From Klebsiella phage KpLz-2_45: DNA of 64,000 nucleotides. Position 1 is the first letter of the stretch; every line of letters begins with the position of its first letter. The position numbers and the translations under genes were made by a program. The notes under the pieces were generated by a model. The model searched no databases. It was given only the letters and a program-made list of their open reading frames with translations, and was not told where the DNA came from. Positions 27,233 to 35,690 of the stretch are shown here, one piece after another. The stretch lies in sequence record MN871446.1, one strand, 5' to 3'.

Positions 27233-27802
27233 ATGAAACATCTACCTCGGGGATTGAATACGATGAAGAAAATTACGCTTTGGGGACATCCTGTTCCGTT
27301 ATTGGGCTTCTTACACTGGTTGAGTTTTTTATTGATCTACTTCGCAGCGTTGATCATTTGCGTCATTATCACACCGTTTTTACCGGCGTTTGCGACGAAA
27401 GACGGGAAACTACCGAAATGGCTGAAATGGTTCGACACACCGGACAATAGTTTAGACGGGGATTCCGGTTGGAAAGAGAAACACTCTCTCTGGGTAAAGG
27501 TACTCCCTGATTGGGCGCAAACTTACGTCGCCCGTGTCTTTTGGCTATACCGCAACCCGTTGTACGGTTTTTCTATTAGCGTGTTAGGTGCACCAAAAGA
27601 CAAATTCCGTCAACCTGTTTTAGAGGGTAAAGGGTTTGATGTTAAAGGCACCTATAAGTCCCATTACTGGATGGTCTACTTCATGCGTGACGATCACGTG
27701 AAGAAGCGCCGGTTTAAGGTTTACATTGGGTGGAAACTGAAAGCAGAAGGATTTGAGAAATACCAGTTTGCATTTCTGATCAACCCGTTCCAAACGCCGT
27801 AA
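27233..27802 (+). CDS. membrane-anchored protein 189 aa
   Basis: N-terminal TM LLGFLHWLSFLLIYFAALIICVIITPFLPAF; downstream of the cassette; ends at bidirectional terminator. Confidence 0.5.
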   Translation: MKHLPRGLNTMKKITLWGHPVPLLGFLHWLSFLLIYFAALIICVIITPFLPAFATKDGKLPKWLKWFDTPDNSLDGDSGWKEKHSLWVKVLPDWAQTYVARVFWLYRNPLYGFSISVLGAPKDKFRQPVLEGKGFDVKGTYKSHYWMVYFMRDDHVKKRRFKVYIGWKLKAEGFEKYQFAFLINPFQTP

Positions 27803-27810
27803 AAGAAACA

Positions 27811-27846
27811 AAAAAAAAGAGAGGGCAAACGCCCTCTCTTTTTTAT
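27811..27846. terminator. bidirectional terminator
   Basis: A9-AGAGAGGGC-AAAC-GCCCTCTCT-T6. Confidence 0.7.
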
Positions 27847-28262
27847 ACGTGTTTTAGCGATTCAATTTCGATTATCGCTTCAATCTCGAAAAACATTCGG
27901 ACAAAGAAAGTAGCGATAGACAGAATACCTAATAAGTACTCATGGTGAACGCAGAGCAGAATGAATAGCACCACAGCCACGATTAAACGCAGCATAACGT
28001 TCATCCCGCCAGTGAAAGTCAGATGCTTCTCTATTTTTTGGCGAAGTTTACTTTTGTTCTCTGGCGTCAGCGATATTCTTGAGAGGTCAGGGAAGGAGAA
28101 GAACTGGAAACCCAGCCAGAGTAAGCGTATTGTGATCAACGTGATCACCCAGTAAATTACTGCATCCTCTAATAACGGGATTTTCGCAATAATAAGAATA
28201 GCCAGGGCGAAGCAGGAGAACAAAGAGAGTATTTTGGAAAGTAGGGTCAGCGAGTAAAACAT
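27843..28262 (-). CDS. polytopic membrane protein 139 aa
   Basis: About four hydrophobic segments. Confidence 0.45.
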   Translation of the reverse strand: MFYSLTLLSKILSLFSCFALAILIIAKIPLLEDAVIYWVITLITIRLLWLGFQFFSFPDLSRISLTPENKSKLRQKIEKHLTFTGGMNVMLRLIVAVVLFILLCVHHEYLLGILSIATFFVRMFFEIEAIIEIESLKHV

Positions 28263-28329
28263 TTTATATCTTCCTTAACGTTAACGTTTTAGAACGTCTC
28301 CGGTTCTCTGAACCGGAGACAGAGGTAGA

Positions 28330-28824
28330 TTAGTTTTCGCAGGTCAGGACAACTTTGCCCTGGATGTGAGTAGTGCCCAGCGGCATCTCTTGTGCGTCGA
28401 GATTGATTTTCGGCGCGATAGCCAGCGTTTTGTTGTTACCCTGGATCTGCTGATTTTGAGCAGCGGCGGACCACGCGTATTCCTGGTTGTTGATGAATAC
28501 GGAAGTTTGCGAACGATCGCTGATGGTCATGAGGTTATCAGCGAAGGCGAAGCGCCCGGTGTTTTGGGTCAGTTTGGCTTCGGTCAGTTTCCAGCTCTGG
28601 CGAGCGGTGTTACTTTTCAGTACGAAGTTAACCGCCTTTTGATTATCGGTACCTTGCTCGCCTTTCAGAAGGATCCCGCCGGTCTGCTGACCATTGGCAA
28701 AATCGATCCCACATGACATTTGAGTTTGGGTGTATTCTGCATCCCATACCATTTCCTGCGCAGCGAACGCAGTAGAAGACAGAGACAGTACCAGAGCAGC
28801 CACAGCGAATTTTACGTTTTTCAT
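28330..28824 (-). CDS. secreted protein 164 aa
   Basis: Signal peptide MKNVKFAVAALVLSLSSTAFAAQE. Confidence 0.5.
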   Translation of the reverse strand: MKNVKFAVAALVLSLSSTAFAAQEMVWDAEYTQTQMSCGIDFANGQQTGGILLKGEQGTDNQKAVNFVLKSNTARQSWKLTEAKLTQNTGRFAFADNLMTISDRSQTSVFINNQEYAWSAAAQNQQIQGNNKTLAIAPKINLDAQEMPLGTTHIQGKVVLTCEN

Positions 28825-28867
28825 TTGTTTTCCAAAAGAGAGATTGAGTTAAGGTTTTTACTACAAT

Positions 28868-29272
28868 TTACGGATCGACACGCATCGCACGTTGAGAATC
28901 CATTTGCTGATTCTGTTCCATGCGTTCCATTTCCATCTCTAAACGACGGATCTGTAATTCTTTTTGGCGACGACTAAGGTCGGCTAACCGTTCGCAACTT
29001 TCGGCCATCTTATCGTCACCGCCTAAGGGTATACTTATACTAACATACCCACCTTTATCGTTATCTGCATAACGATACTGACTACCATTATTTCCGTACG
29101 CCCCGACGTTAATCGTTGCTTGCGGACGGCTGACCTCACAACTGATATCACCGTTCTGTACGCGGCCACGGTTTTCAGCTGTGTTGTTCATGATGTAAGG
29201 GGCATCGGCAAAAGCCATTGTTGAACAAGTCAGTGTAATTGTAAAAAGTAAGACTTTATTCAACATGGACAT
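28868..29272 (-). CDS. secreted protein 134 aa
   Basis: Signal peptide MSMLNKVLLFTITLTCSTMAFADA. Confidence 0.5.
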   Translation of the reverse strand: MSMLNKVLLFTITLTCSTMAFADAPYIMNNTAENRGRVQNGDISCEVSRPQATINVGAYGNNGSQYRYADNDKGGYVSISIPLGGDDKMAESCERLADLSRRQKELQIRRLEMEMERMEQNQQMDSQRAMRVDP

Positions 29273-29627
29273 TGAAGCACACCTCAGGTTGGAACTGCGC
29301 GTTGGGTATTACCTGCATCGCGCAGATAGGGACGTATTTCTGTCCGTTATCGTGCTGCTGGATAAATTTGTTATTGATGGTCATCGGAAAGGTCGCTCTT
29401 TCACCACCGAAAACATATTTTTTGTAAGGAATCCCTTTCTTATCTGCAATGACCTTATTCCCGACACGAAACACAAAATCCCCGGATTCTTTCGTGTCGA
29501 TGTACATCTCAATTTGAGAATAACCGTCCATGCCAATAGAGTTAGTTTGGTTAACTGGACCGAAGTAGTGAGCAGAGGCATTCGCCGCAAAGAAGACAAT
29601 CCCTATTAAAGCAAAGCGTAGTTTCAT
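29256..29627 (-). CDS. secreted protein 123 aa
   Basis: Signal peptide MKLRFALIGIVFFAANASAHY. Confidence 0.5.
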   Translation of the reverse strand: MKLRFALIGIVFFAANASAHYFGPVNQTNSIGMDGYSQIEMYIDTKESGDFVFRVGNKVIADKKGIPYKKYVFGGERATFPMTINNKFIQQHDNGQKYVPICAMQVIPNAQFQPEVCFNVHVE

Positions 29628-29638
29628 TTTAGTTTCTC

Positions 29639-30049
29639 TTATTTCCGGCGACGTTGATGGTTGTTGTTGAATTTGTTGGCGAGATTATTAAATGATTCCT
29701 TTGAAATTTTATTTTCTTTCAAAGAGCTGATCTCGACGACATTGCGTTTATCGTTGCAAGGCCATAAAGACTCAATCAATTCTGCGGTGTCGTCTTTTTC
29801 AAGACCACGATAAATCTCTTCTAGTATATAGTAGTCGCAGAAGGCCGCTGCATCTAAAATGAGATTTGACATTTTAGCCCCTTTGAAAGGATACAGCTGA
29901 CTAGCAACTAATTCGCCGTCTAAAATGTAAAGCGCCACCGAAATTTTTGGTGTGGTATAAATAGCTTTGACTTTAATCTCTTTAACGGTATAAGAACTTT
30001 TATTAATAGCTTTTTGTACGTTTTCGATAGTTTTCGCAGTCAGTAACAT
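29639..30049 (-). CDS. hypothetical protein (~136 aa; ATG at 30049, listed ORF begins at an upstream GTG)
   Basis: Cassette plus AACTAAACC leader directly upstream. Confidence 0.45.
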   Translation of the reverse strand: MLLTAKTIENVQKAINKSSYTVKEIKVKAIYTTPKISVALYILDGELVASQLYPFKGAKMSNLILDAAAFCDYYILEEIYRGLEKDDTAELIESLWPCNDKRNVVEISSLKENKISKESFNNLANKFNNNHQRRRK

Positions 30050-30069
30050 TAATAGCACTCCAATAGGTT

Positions 30070-30137
30070 TAGTTATTTTATTTACGGAAAGGTTTTATCT
30101 TTCCTAAATCACTGTAGCTATATAGATGTTAAAAAAA
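30070..30137 (-). promoter_or_regulatory. recurrent cassette, copy 3
   Basis: TTTTTTTAACATCTATATAGCTACAGTGATTTAGGAAAGATAAAACCTTTCC ... AACTAAACC ... ATG; no plus-strand gene downstream, so it acts in minus orientation. Confidence 0.5.
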
Positions 30138-30159
30138 TTGGAGATGGGTTCATCTCCAA
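30131..30159 (-). terminator. terminator
   Basis: TTGGAGATG-GGTT-CATCTCCAA; T7 run on the minus strand. Confidence 0.65.
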
Positions 30160-30166
30160 TTGTCTG

Positions 30167-30529
30167 TTATTTCGAATAGCTGTTACGGACGGTAGTCAGG
30201 TATTGTCCGCCATTAGGAAAGTTCCCTTTCCCATCGACGTAATCAAATGTGATTTCATGACTAGGAATAGTCGAAAGAAACCCGCGTTGGTTCGCCACGA
30301 TCAGTTGTTTGATGACGTTTTGAATTCGTTTCGTCAACACCGTCAATCGAGCATTACCAGGACAAACGTTAGTGTAAATTTCGTTATAACGTTTCCCAAT
30401 CAGTGACAACCTGGCAGGTGCCCGGAAAAGTACGCGTACCCCTTCTTTTTCGTAAATTTCTTTCTCGAGCTCCCACAGACCAAAAGTCTCCATGGTATCC
30501 GGTTGTACAGGAACATCTTGCTTAGTCAT
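30167..30529 (-). CDS. hypothetical protein 120 aa
   Basis: ORF track; terminator 30131-30159 downstream. Confidence 0.45.
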   Translation of the reverse strand: MTKQDVPVQPDTMETFGLWELEKEIYEKEGVRVLFRAPARLSLIGKRYNEIYTNVCPGNARLTVLTKRIQNVIKQLIVANQRGFLSTIPSHEITFDYVDGKGNFPNGGQYLTTVRNSYSK

Positions 30530-30574
30530 TTTCTTTCCTCTGAAAGTAGGCGGGGATTAGCCCCGCCTACTGTG

Positions 30575-30874
30575 TTAGTCTTTTTCTGACAGACCTAATG
30601 TAATATCTGCCTTTTCTCGCGCTACAATTTCGCTATGGGTAAGCCCGTGCCCTTTACGTTGATGACCGCACATCCAGCAACTACAGTTACAAGGTGTGGT
30701 CGCTACACGACCGATAATACCTTTATCAGTTTGAGGTTTCAACCCGTTAAAATAGACATTGGTGTTCCAATAGTGAGAAATTTTCTTTTTCTTCATAGCA
30801 CGTTTGAAACGGCGAAAAGCGCGGTCACGAATAGCCATCGTTTTAAATCCTCTGAGTTCACCCGTAGAGAACAT
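30575..30874 (-). CDS. Cys/His-rich putative zinc-binding protein 99 aa
   Basis: CNCSCWMCGHQRKGHGLTH cluster preceded by a basic N-terminus (RRFKRAMKKKK). Confidence 0.35.
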   Translation of the reverse strand: MFSTGELRGFKTMAIRDRAFRRFKRAMKKKKISHYWNTNVYFNGLKPQTDKGIIGRVATTPCNCSCWMCGHQRKGHGLTHSEIVAREKADITLGLSEKD

Positions 30875-30922
30875 CTCTACGGGCAGATTGGGATCTCAGA
30901 GTGGCGGTGGTACCGCAAAGTG

Positions 30923-31366
30923 TTAGGGCGCATAGGCTATCTCAATTCCTTGTAGAATATCGCAAAGTTTCTTACCGGGTAACTCCCCTAATTTGCCGAT
31001 AAAATCTTGAAGGTTTTTTACAGCTAACTTGAGATCCCGTGACGGACCTGCCCAGTAATTAACCGAAAGACCTAAATAAAGGTTTTTGGACGAAATCTCA
31101 AATCCTCCGTCTTTCTTACTCGGGAGAATATTAAAGACCGGGACAAACGGAGCAGCGTTGACCGCATACGGTTCATCGACTAAACCGTCTTTGATTGGGA
31201 AGAGGTCAGTGAACCTGATAACAACGGAGCAGTCCGTCGCTTTCACAAACAGACCGTAGTTGATTTGGAATTTATCAGGCGGCGACACCTTGAGAAATTC
31301 CCCGAAGTCAGCCTTGTTACGCTTAGTCCAAATCCCTTTACGTCCTTTGAATGTAGTGATCATCAT
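30923..31366 (-). CDS. hypothetical protein 147 aa
   Basis: ORF track. Confidence 0.45.
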   Translation of the reverse strand: MMITTFKGRKGIWTKRNKADFGEFLKVSPPDKFQINYGLFVKATDCSVVIRFTDLFPIKDGLVDEPYAVNAAPFVPVFNILPSKKDGGFEISSKNLYLGLSVNYWAGPSRDLKLAVKNLQDFIGKLGELPGKKLCDILQGIEIAYAP

Positions 31367-31699
31367 TTATTCCTCAGGCCATTGAATCATAATGGCGTTA
31401 CCAGTCCGCCGAGAGTATAACTCAGCTTCTTTGGACTTAATGCAACGTTGGACGTACCCGACAGAATAATCGCCGTAGTGCGCGATCTCTTCGTCGCGTA
31501 TCCCGCGTAAATGCGCTTCGTAAATACCCGTCTGACGAAGATCCATTTGGATAAGTTCACGAAGATGATATTCTTCCTCACGAAGCGCGTTTAGTGCTTT
31601 CTCTACTGAACTTTGAGCGATGATATTTGCTTTAAGTTCAAAAAGACGCTGTCTTTGATGGGTAGAAATTGCCTCAGAATCATTTAAAAAGCAGTCCAC
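31367..31699 (-). CDS. putative DNA-binding regulator with sigma-70 region-4-like helix-turn-helix
   Basis: C-terminal IRDEEIAHYGDYSVGYVQRCIKSKEAEL resembles ECF sigma region 4 (LSxxEIAxxLGxSxGTVKSRL). Confidence 0.35.
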   Translation of the reverse strand: MDCFLNDSEAISTHQRQRLFELKANIIAQSSVEKALNALREEEYHLRELIQMDLRQTGIYEAHLRGIRDEEIAHYGDYSVGYVQRCIKSKEAELYSRRTGNAIMIQWPEE

Positions 31700-31910
31700 G
31701 ACAGACCTCCGCTTCTTCAGTGTTCGCGGTCAAATGAAAACCGTTAAGTGTGGTCAGATCACAACCCACCACTAACCCTAAACGGATTATGTCGAAAAGG
31801 GTATCGAAAACGGGCTCGTCGAGATCCGATACCTCAACATCCTCGACCTGCTCTAACTCCGTTTTAATTTTGGCGTTAGCGTACCGTAATAGATTACCTT
31901 CGTACATCAT
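31680..31910 (-). CDS. hypothetical protein 76 aa
   Basis: ORF track. Confidence 0.35.
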   Translation of the reverse strand: MMYEGNLLRYANAKIKTELEQVEDVEVSDLDEPVFDTLFDIIRLGLVVGCDLTTLNGFHLTANTEEAEVCRGLLFK

Positions 31911-32321
31911 TTACCTCCAGCAAACATCGAACGTTATAATGTCAAAACGGTAACTGCCGTCTTGATTTCGCTTACGAAGAATTCGCGGAACAAACTCGAA
32001 AGGAAGTGTTTCCTTCATCAGCGCGCCCGCTACTTTCTCAGAACGAATAGGGTTGTAGTTTGCGATACTCGTAACGAGATTCCCTTCGCTGTCCCACTTG
32101 TAGTTCTTCGTCACAAAGTGACATTGGTCACGGTTAACCGTTACGTAACGTTGGAAGTCCTCTTTGGACATCGGACCCTTTGGTCTCTCCAATACCCCTA
32201 ATTCCAAAAACGAGTGTTTACGTTCAAAGAATTTCCTGACCGCATCCGGGGAGTACTTATCAACATCGGTCTTTTTCAGAATGATTATTTCCCGAATGAA
32301 TCTGCTTAAATCAGTGTTCAT
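31911..32321 (-). CDS. hypothetical protein 136 aa
   Basis: ORF track. Confidence 0.45.
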   Translation of the reverse strand: MNTDLSRFIREIIILKKTDVDKYSPDAVRKFFERKHSFLELGVLERPKGPMSKEDFQRYVTVNRDQCHFVTKNYKWDSEGNLVTSIANYNPIRSEKVAGALMKETLPFEFVPRILRKRNQDGSYRFDIITFDVCWR

Positions 32322-32844
32322 TATCGGCCCCTTTCAGATACCCCGTTAAACGATCAACGTGCGGTTGTACCCATTCTATCGAATCGAACTCGTCAATGTG
32401 TTCGGTCACATAACGGATTTTCTCCGGGATAGGCTGTTTAAAGTGTTCGAGGAAAAGTTTAGCAAAACTGCAACCCAGAGCATCGATCTCCAGATAGCCG
32501 TCAATGAGTTCTTCAACGGTTACTTCATTCGCCCGATCTGCGCTATATTGAGAAAGGAGTTTCTCCAGATCAATACCGTGGGGATTAGCCGTGTCGATAA
32601 TAACGTCGGAGAGACTTACAAAAGCATGGTTCCCGCAATCGTAAAAGATCACCTCATGTCCCCACTGCTTCGCTACCAAGCCAATACATACTGCCGCCGT
32701 TCCGCAATCCCCGGAGTTAATCCGTTTAATCGCATCCTCTTTCGATTCACGGGAAAAATAGACCCGGTAAAAATCAACAAACTTATCAACAAGATTCAGG
32801 ATTGATTCGGTAGGCATTTTCAAACTCCTTGCGGTTGTTATCAT
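32311..32844 (-). CDS. hypothetical protein with possible Cys-His-Asp hydrolase-like arrangement
   Basis: GDCGTAAVCIGL ... WGHEV ... GNHAF ... DVIID spacing is reminiscent of papain- or transglutaminase-like folds; speculative. Confidence 0.3.
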   Translation of the reverse strand: MITTARSLKMPTESILNLVDKFVDFYRVYFSRESKEDAIKRINSGDCGTAAVCIGLVAKQWGHEVIFYDCGNHAFVSLSDVIIDTANPHGIDLEKLLSQYSADRANEVTVEELIDGYLEIDALGCSFAKLFLEHFKQPIPEKIRYVTEHIDEFDSIEWVQPHVDRLTGYLKGADNEH

Positions 32845-33553
32845 CTAAGAAAAATTCCATGGCATCACGGTACCGGTGCCAGCATTGCGTATCACGGAAA
32901 TGATAGATTTTATCAAGCTCAGTAATACGGTCAGTGACAAGTTTGTGAAGATGCGCGTAGTAACGCCCTTTCGGAAGAAACTGCGTAAAGAGATCTTTTT
33001 CCGTGAGCCAAATTTTAAGGAAGGTGACTTCTATCCCTTCAACGTCTTTTAGGTTGTCGAGGATATCTGCCAATTTCACCGCCCACGCGTCAGGGTTAGC
33101 GGAGTTAAGGAGTTTCGTCGCCTCTAACATCGTTCGGTCTTTCCGGTTCGCTTGTATGGTTTTAGTCGTATAGCGATCCGTAACCCAATCAACGAGTTTC
33201 AGTGTCTCGTCAACCAGTTGAGTGTAATTACCGTCTATGCTATCAAACGTAAACAGCATAAAACGGAGATCCTCTAAAGAGATCTCGGTATCCTCAACCA
33301 CGTCATGAAGTAGACCTGCACAGACTACGGTGATAGGGTAGTCATTTTCCTTAAGTGTTTCACTGACGGAAAACGGATGAATGTAATAAGGTTTGTTAGA
33401 CCCTTTTCTTTTTTGTCCGGTGGCAGAATGCGTTGACATCGCCACCAAATTACAAACAGAATATAATTTTCGTTCCGCTTCAGTTTTCAATCCAAAAGCC
33501 CTCTGAGTAGATTTCAATAAGGTGATATAGTCTTCAAATAAATTCCACAGCAC
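32786..33553 (-). CDS. HD-domain (RelA/SpoT-type) alarmone hydrolase
   Basis: YIHPFSVSE ... VVCAGLLHDVVEDTEISLEDL matches the HD hydrolase signature of SpoT/Mesh1; 255 aa; 3' end overlaps the downstream gene. Confidence 0.6.
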   Translation of the reverse strand: MLWNLFEDYITLLKSTQRAFGLKTEAERKLYSVCNLVAMSTHSATGQKRKGSNKPYYIHPFSVSETLKENDYPITVVCAGLLHDVVEDTEISLEDLRFMLFTFDSIDGNYTQLVDETLKLVDWVTDRYTTKTIQANRKDRTMLEATKLLNSANPDAWAVKLADILDNLKDVEGIEVTFLKIWLTEKDLFTQFLPKGRYYAHLHKLVTDRITELDKIYHFRDTQCWHRYRDAMEFFLDDNNRKEFENAYRINPESC

Positions 33554-33565
33554 GTAAAATAGAAA

Positions 33566-33605
33566 GAGAGGAGGGCAGCTGCCCTCCTCTCTCTGTGCTT
33601 AATAA
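33566..33605 (-). terminator. terminator
   Basis: GAGAGGAGGGC-AGCT-GCCCTCCTCTC with T-rich tail on the minus strand. Confidence 0.65.
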
Positions 33606-34222
33606 ATCCGAATTTCGTACTGACCTTGCTGAACGAAGGTCATTCCCAACCCCATATTTGAAGGCCAATTAATCAGGATTTTCCCGACCATAGCTTCCTT
33701 CTCAACGATGGCTGAAGACATCTCAATCGCTTCGCTCGCTATCCCTTTGTTTACCACGTACTCACCGAAGATATTAGGGTAAGTCAAGTTCGTCGCAATA
33801 ATACGGTGATAACCCGTGGTCCCGATTAAACGAGTCGGAATAGTGATCGACTCGTTTGCCATAGCGGTGTAGCGGAACACTACCCCGGTCGCGGAACTGG
33901 CTATCGGAATTTCAATCGCCTTACCGGATTCGGTAAGTAACTGGGCTAATGTATTACCGTCGAATTTGAAGATATTCGCCGAGGAGCGAGTGAAGTCCGA
34001 CCAGATTAGTGCATAATCGCCAGCTTTGAGATCAGCTAACGCTTTAGCGCTGTCGTCGTAAACTGTCGGGTTAGCCATAATCATTCGTAGGATGGCGACG
34101 GAGACAGCTTGGGTACTTTCTGCTCCGTCCACTAACGAAGTAGAGAAAGGAATAATATCTTTCTCAGCGATGGTATTGACTCGATTGAGTTCTGAGATCT
34201 TAACGGAAATATCGTCTGCCAT
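33599..34222 (-). CDS. hypothetical protein 207 aa
   Basis: ORF track; strong terminator 33566-33605 downstream. Confidence 0.45.
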   Translation of the reverse strand: MADDISVKISELNRVNTIAEKDIIPFSTSLVDGAESTQAVSVAILRMIMANPTVYDDSAKALADLKAGDYALIWSDFTRSSANIFKFDGNTLAQLLTESGKAIEIPIASSATGVVFRYTAMANESITIPTRLIGTTGYHRIIATNLTYPNIFGEYVVNKGIASEAIEMSSAIVEKEAMVGKILINWPSNMGLGMTFVQQGQYEIRIY

Positions 34223-34271
34223 GTTGACACCTTTTAAACGCGATTGTTAACATAGCAAACCATCCGGAGAA

Positions 34272-35507
34272 TTACGCCGGATCAGGGTTAGCGTTATCGG
34301 ACGTCAAGGTTTGATCGATGACGGCGACTTTCTCCTTAGGGTGTTTGATCTTAAACCGTCTACGCATCTGATAAAGGTAATTATCATCATCACCAACGTA
34401 TTTTACCTCATAACCTACCCGATCAAAATAGGTGATCTCATCAGGTTTATCCGACGCCTTGACTAACGACACCACTACTTTATCATTAAAACGCTTAGAG
34501 GTAACTTCGACCCAAGATTGGAATTTTTGCGACGGGAACATAGGTTTTGTGAAGTTAATCACGAAACGCGCCCCTCTAAACCAAACGAGTTCATCCCCAA
34601 CCAATTTCGCGTCCAGTGGAATCATTGCGATCAGTCGGGCCAAAGGTGCCACTAGTGTACGGGGGAGAGTTTCACCACGGAACATTCCGCCGATAGGGAC
34701 AATTTCGTTACCGTTTTCGTAATCGTCTGTCCAATAAACGTTATCTAAACTCATGAGCGCTCTTTTACGGGTTTTCTGATCAAAGGTACCCATCAGCTTA
34801 ATGAACCGAGTAAAAAGCGCACTGAGTGCTTCCTGTTGGCCTTTACAAATAAAGAATGATTCAAGATTGATATAGTCACCGTTAATAAACCCCGCGGCTT
34901 GTGTAACAGCGCGGGTGTCGGAAAATGCGGCGGCGTGTTCAGGAGATATTTCTAACGCACCGTCGCGATCGGCGTAAAAGTGTTTTTTAATATCGTCGGG
35001 CTGGACCCACGGGAAAGTCACTTCTACCGACGAATAAAAATTGTGGTAACCAATAAAGTCACTGCTGTAGGCAGAAGGAGTGTAGAAAATTCGACCGTCT
35101 AAAAATCGTGCGACACCGTCATCATCCATGAAGATGGCACTACAACGTTTGTTCTGCCTGGAACCAAAACTGTGTTCGACCCATTCGTTTTCTTCACCTG
35201 TCAGTGGTGTTAATGGACGATAGCTCACCAGGGTAATGAATTGCCCCAGTAGCTGATCACGTTTAGCGTCATCAAGAGTGGGGTTCTCAAACAACAAGCG
35301 ACTGAAACCGGAAAGTAATGAACTGTTATCGTCGATAGGAGTCAGCGATTTTCGCCAGGCTTTGAGGGAACCGATTAAAATCCCGGCACTGCCACCGGAG
35401 TGCCCTTGATCATGCCAGATATCAAACGCTGCACGTAAAATGGAACGACTTTCTTCATCGAGCTTAGCGAATTCAAATTCCGCTTCGAAGTGGGACTGTA
35501 AATTCAT
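34272..35507 (-). CDS. hypothetical protein 411 aa
   Basis: ORF track. Confidence 0.5.
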   Translation of the reverse strand: MNLQSHFEAEFEFAKLDEESRSILRAAFDIWHDQGHSGGSAGILIGSLKAWRKSLTPIDDNSSLLSGFSRLLFENPTLDDAKRDQLLGQFITLVSYRPLTPLTGEENEWVEHSFGSRQNKRCSAIFMDDDGVARFLDGRIFYTPSAYSSDFIGYHNFYSSVEVTFPWVQPDDIKKHFYADRDGALEISPEHAAAFSDTRAVTQAAGFINGDYINLESFFICKGQQEALSALFTRFIKLMGTFDQKTRKRALMSLDNVYWTDDYENGNEIVPIGGMFRGETLPRTLVAPLARLIAMIPLDAKLVGDELVWFRGARFVINFTKPMFPSQKFQSWVEVTSKRFNDKVVVSLVKASDKPDEITYFDRVGYEVKYVGDDDNYLYQMRRRFKIKHPKEKVAVIDQTLTSDNANPDPA

Positions 35508-35690
35508 CTTTATTTCCTTAGCTTATTTTCGATTAGTTGATTGTATAAAGCGTATTCTCTGTGCGTTTTAATAACGACTTTCTTCTTATTATCAGACTAA
35601 AGGCGAAGTACGTAAAAAGATCTCTGAGCAAGGTATATCTTATGTTACGAACGCCCGTATTATCACCCTTTGCAAAGGTTATGACCCAAA

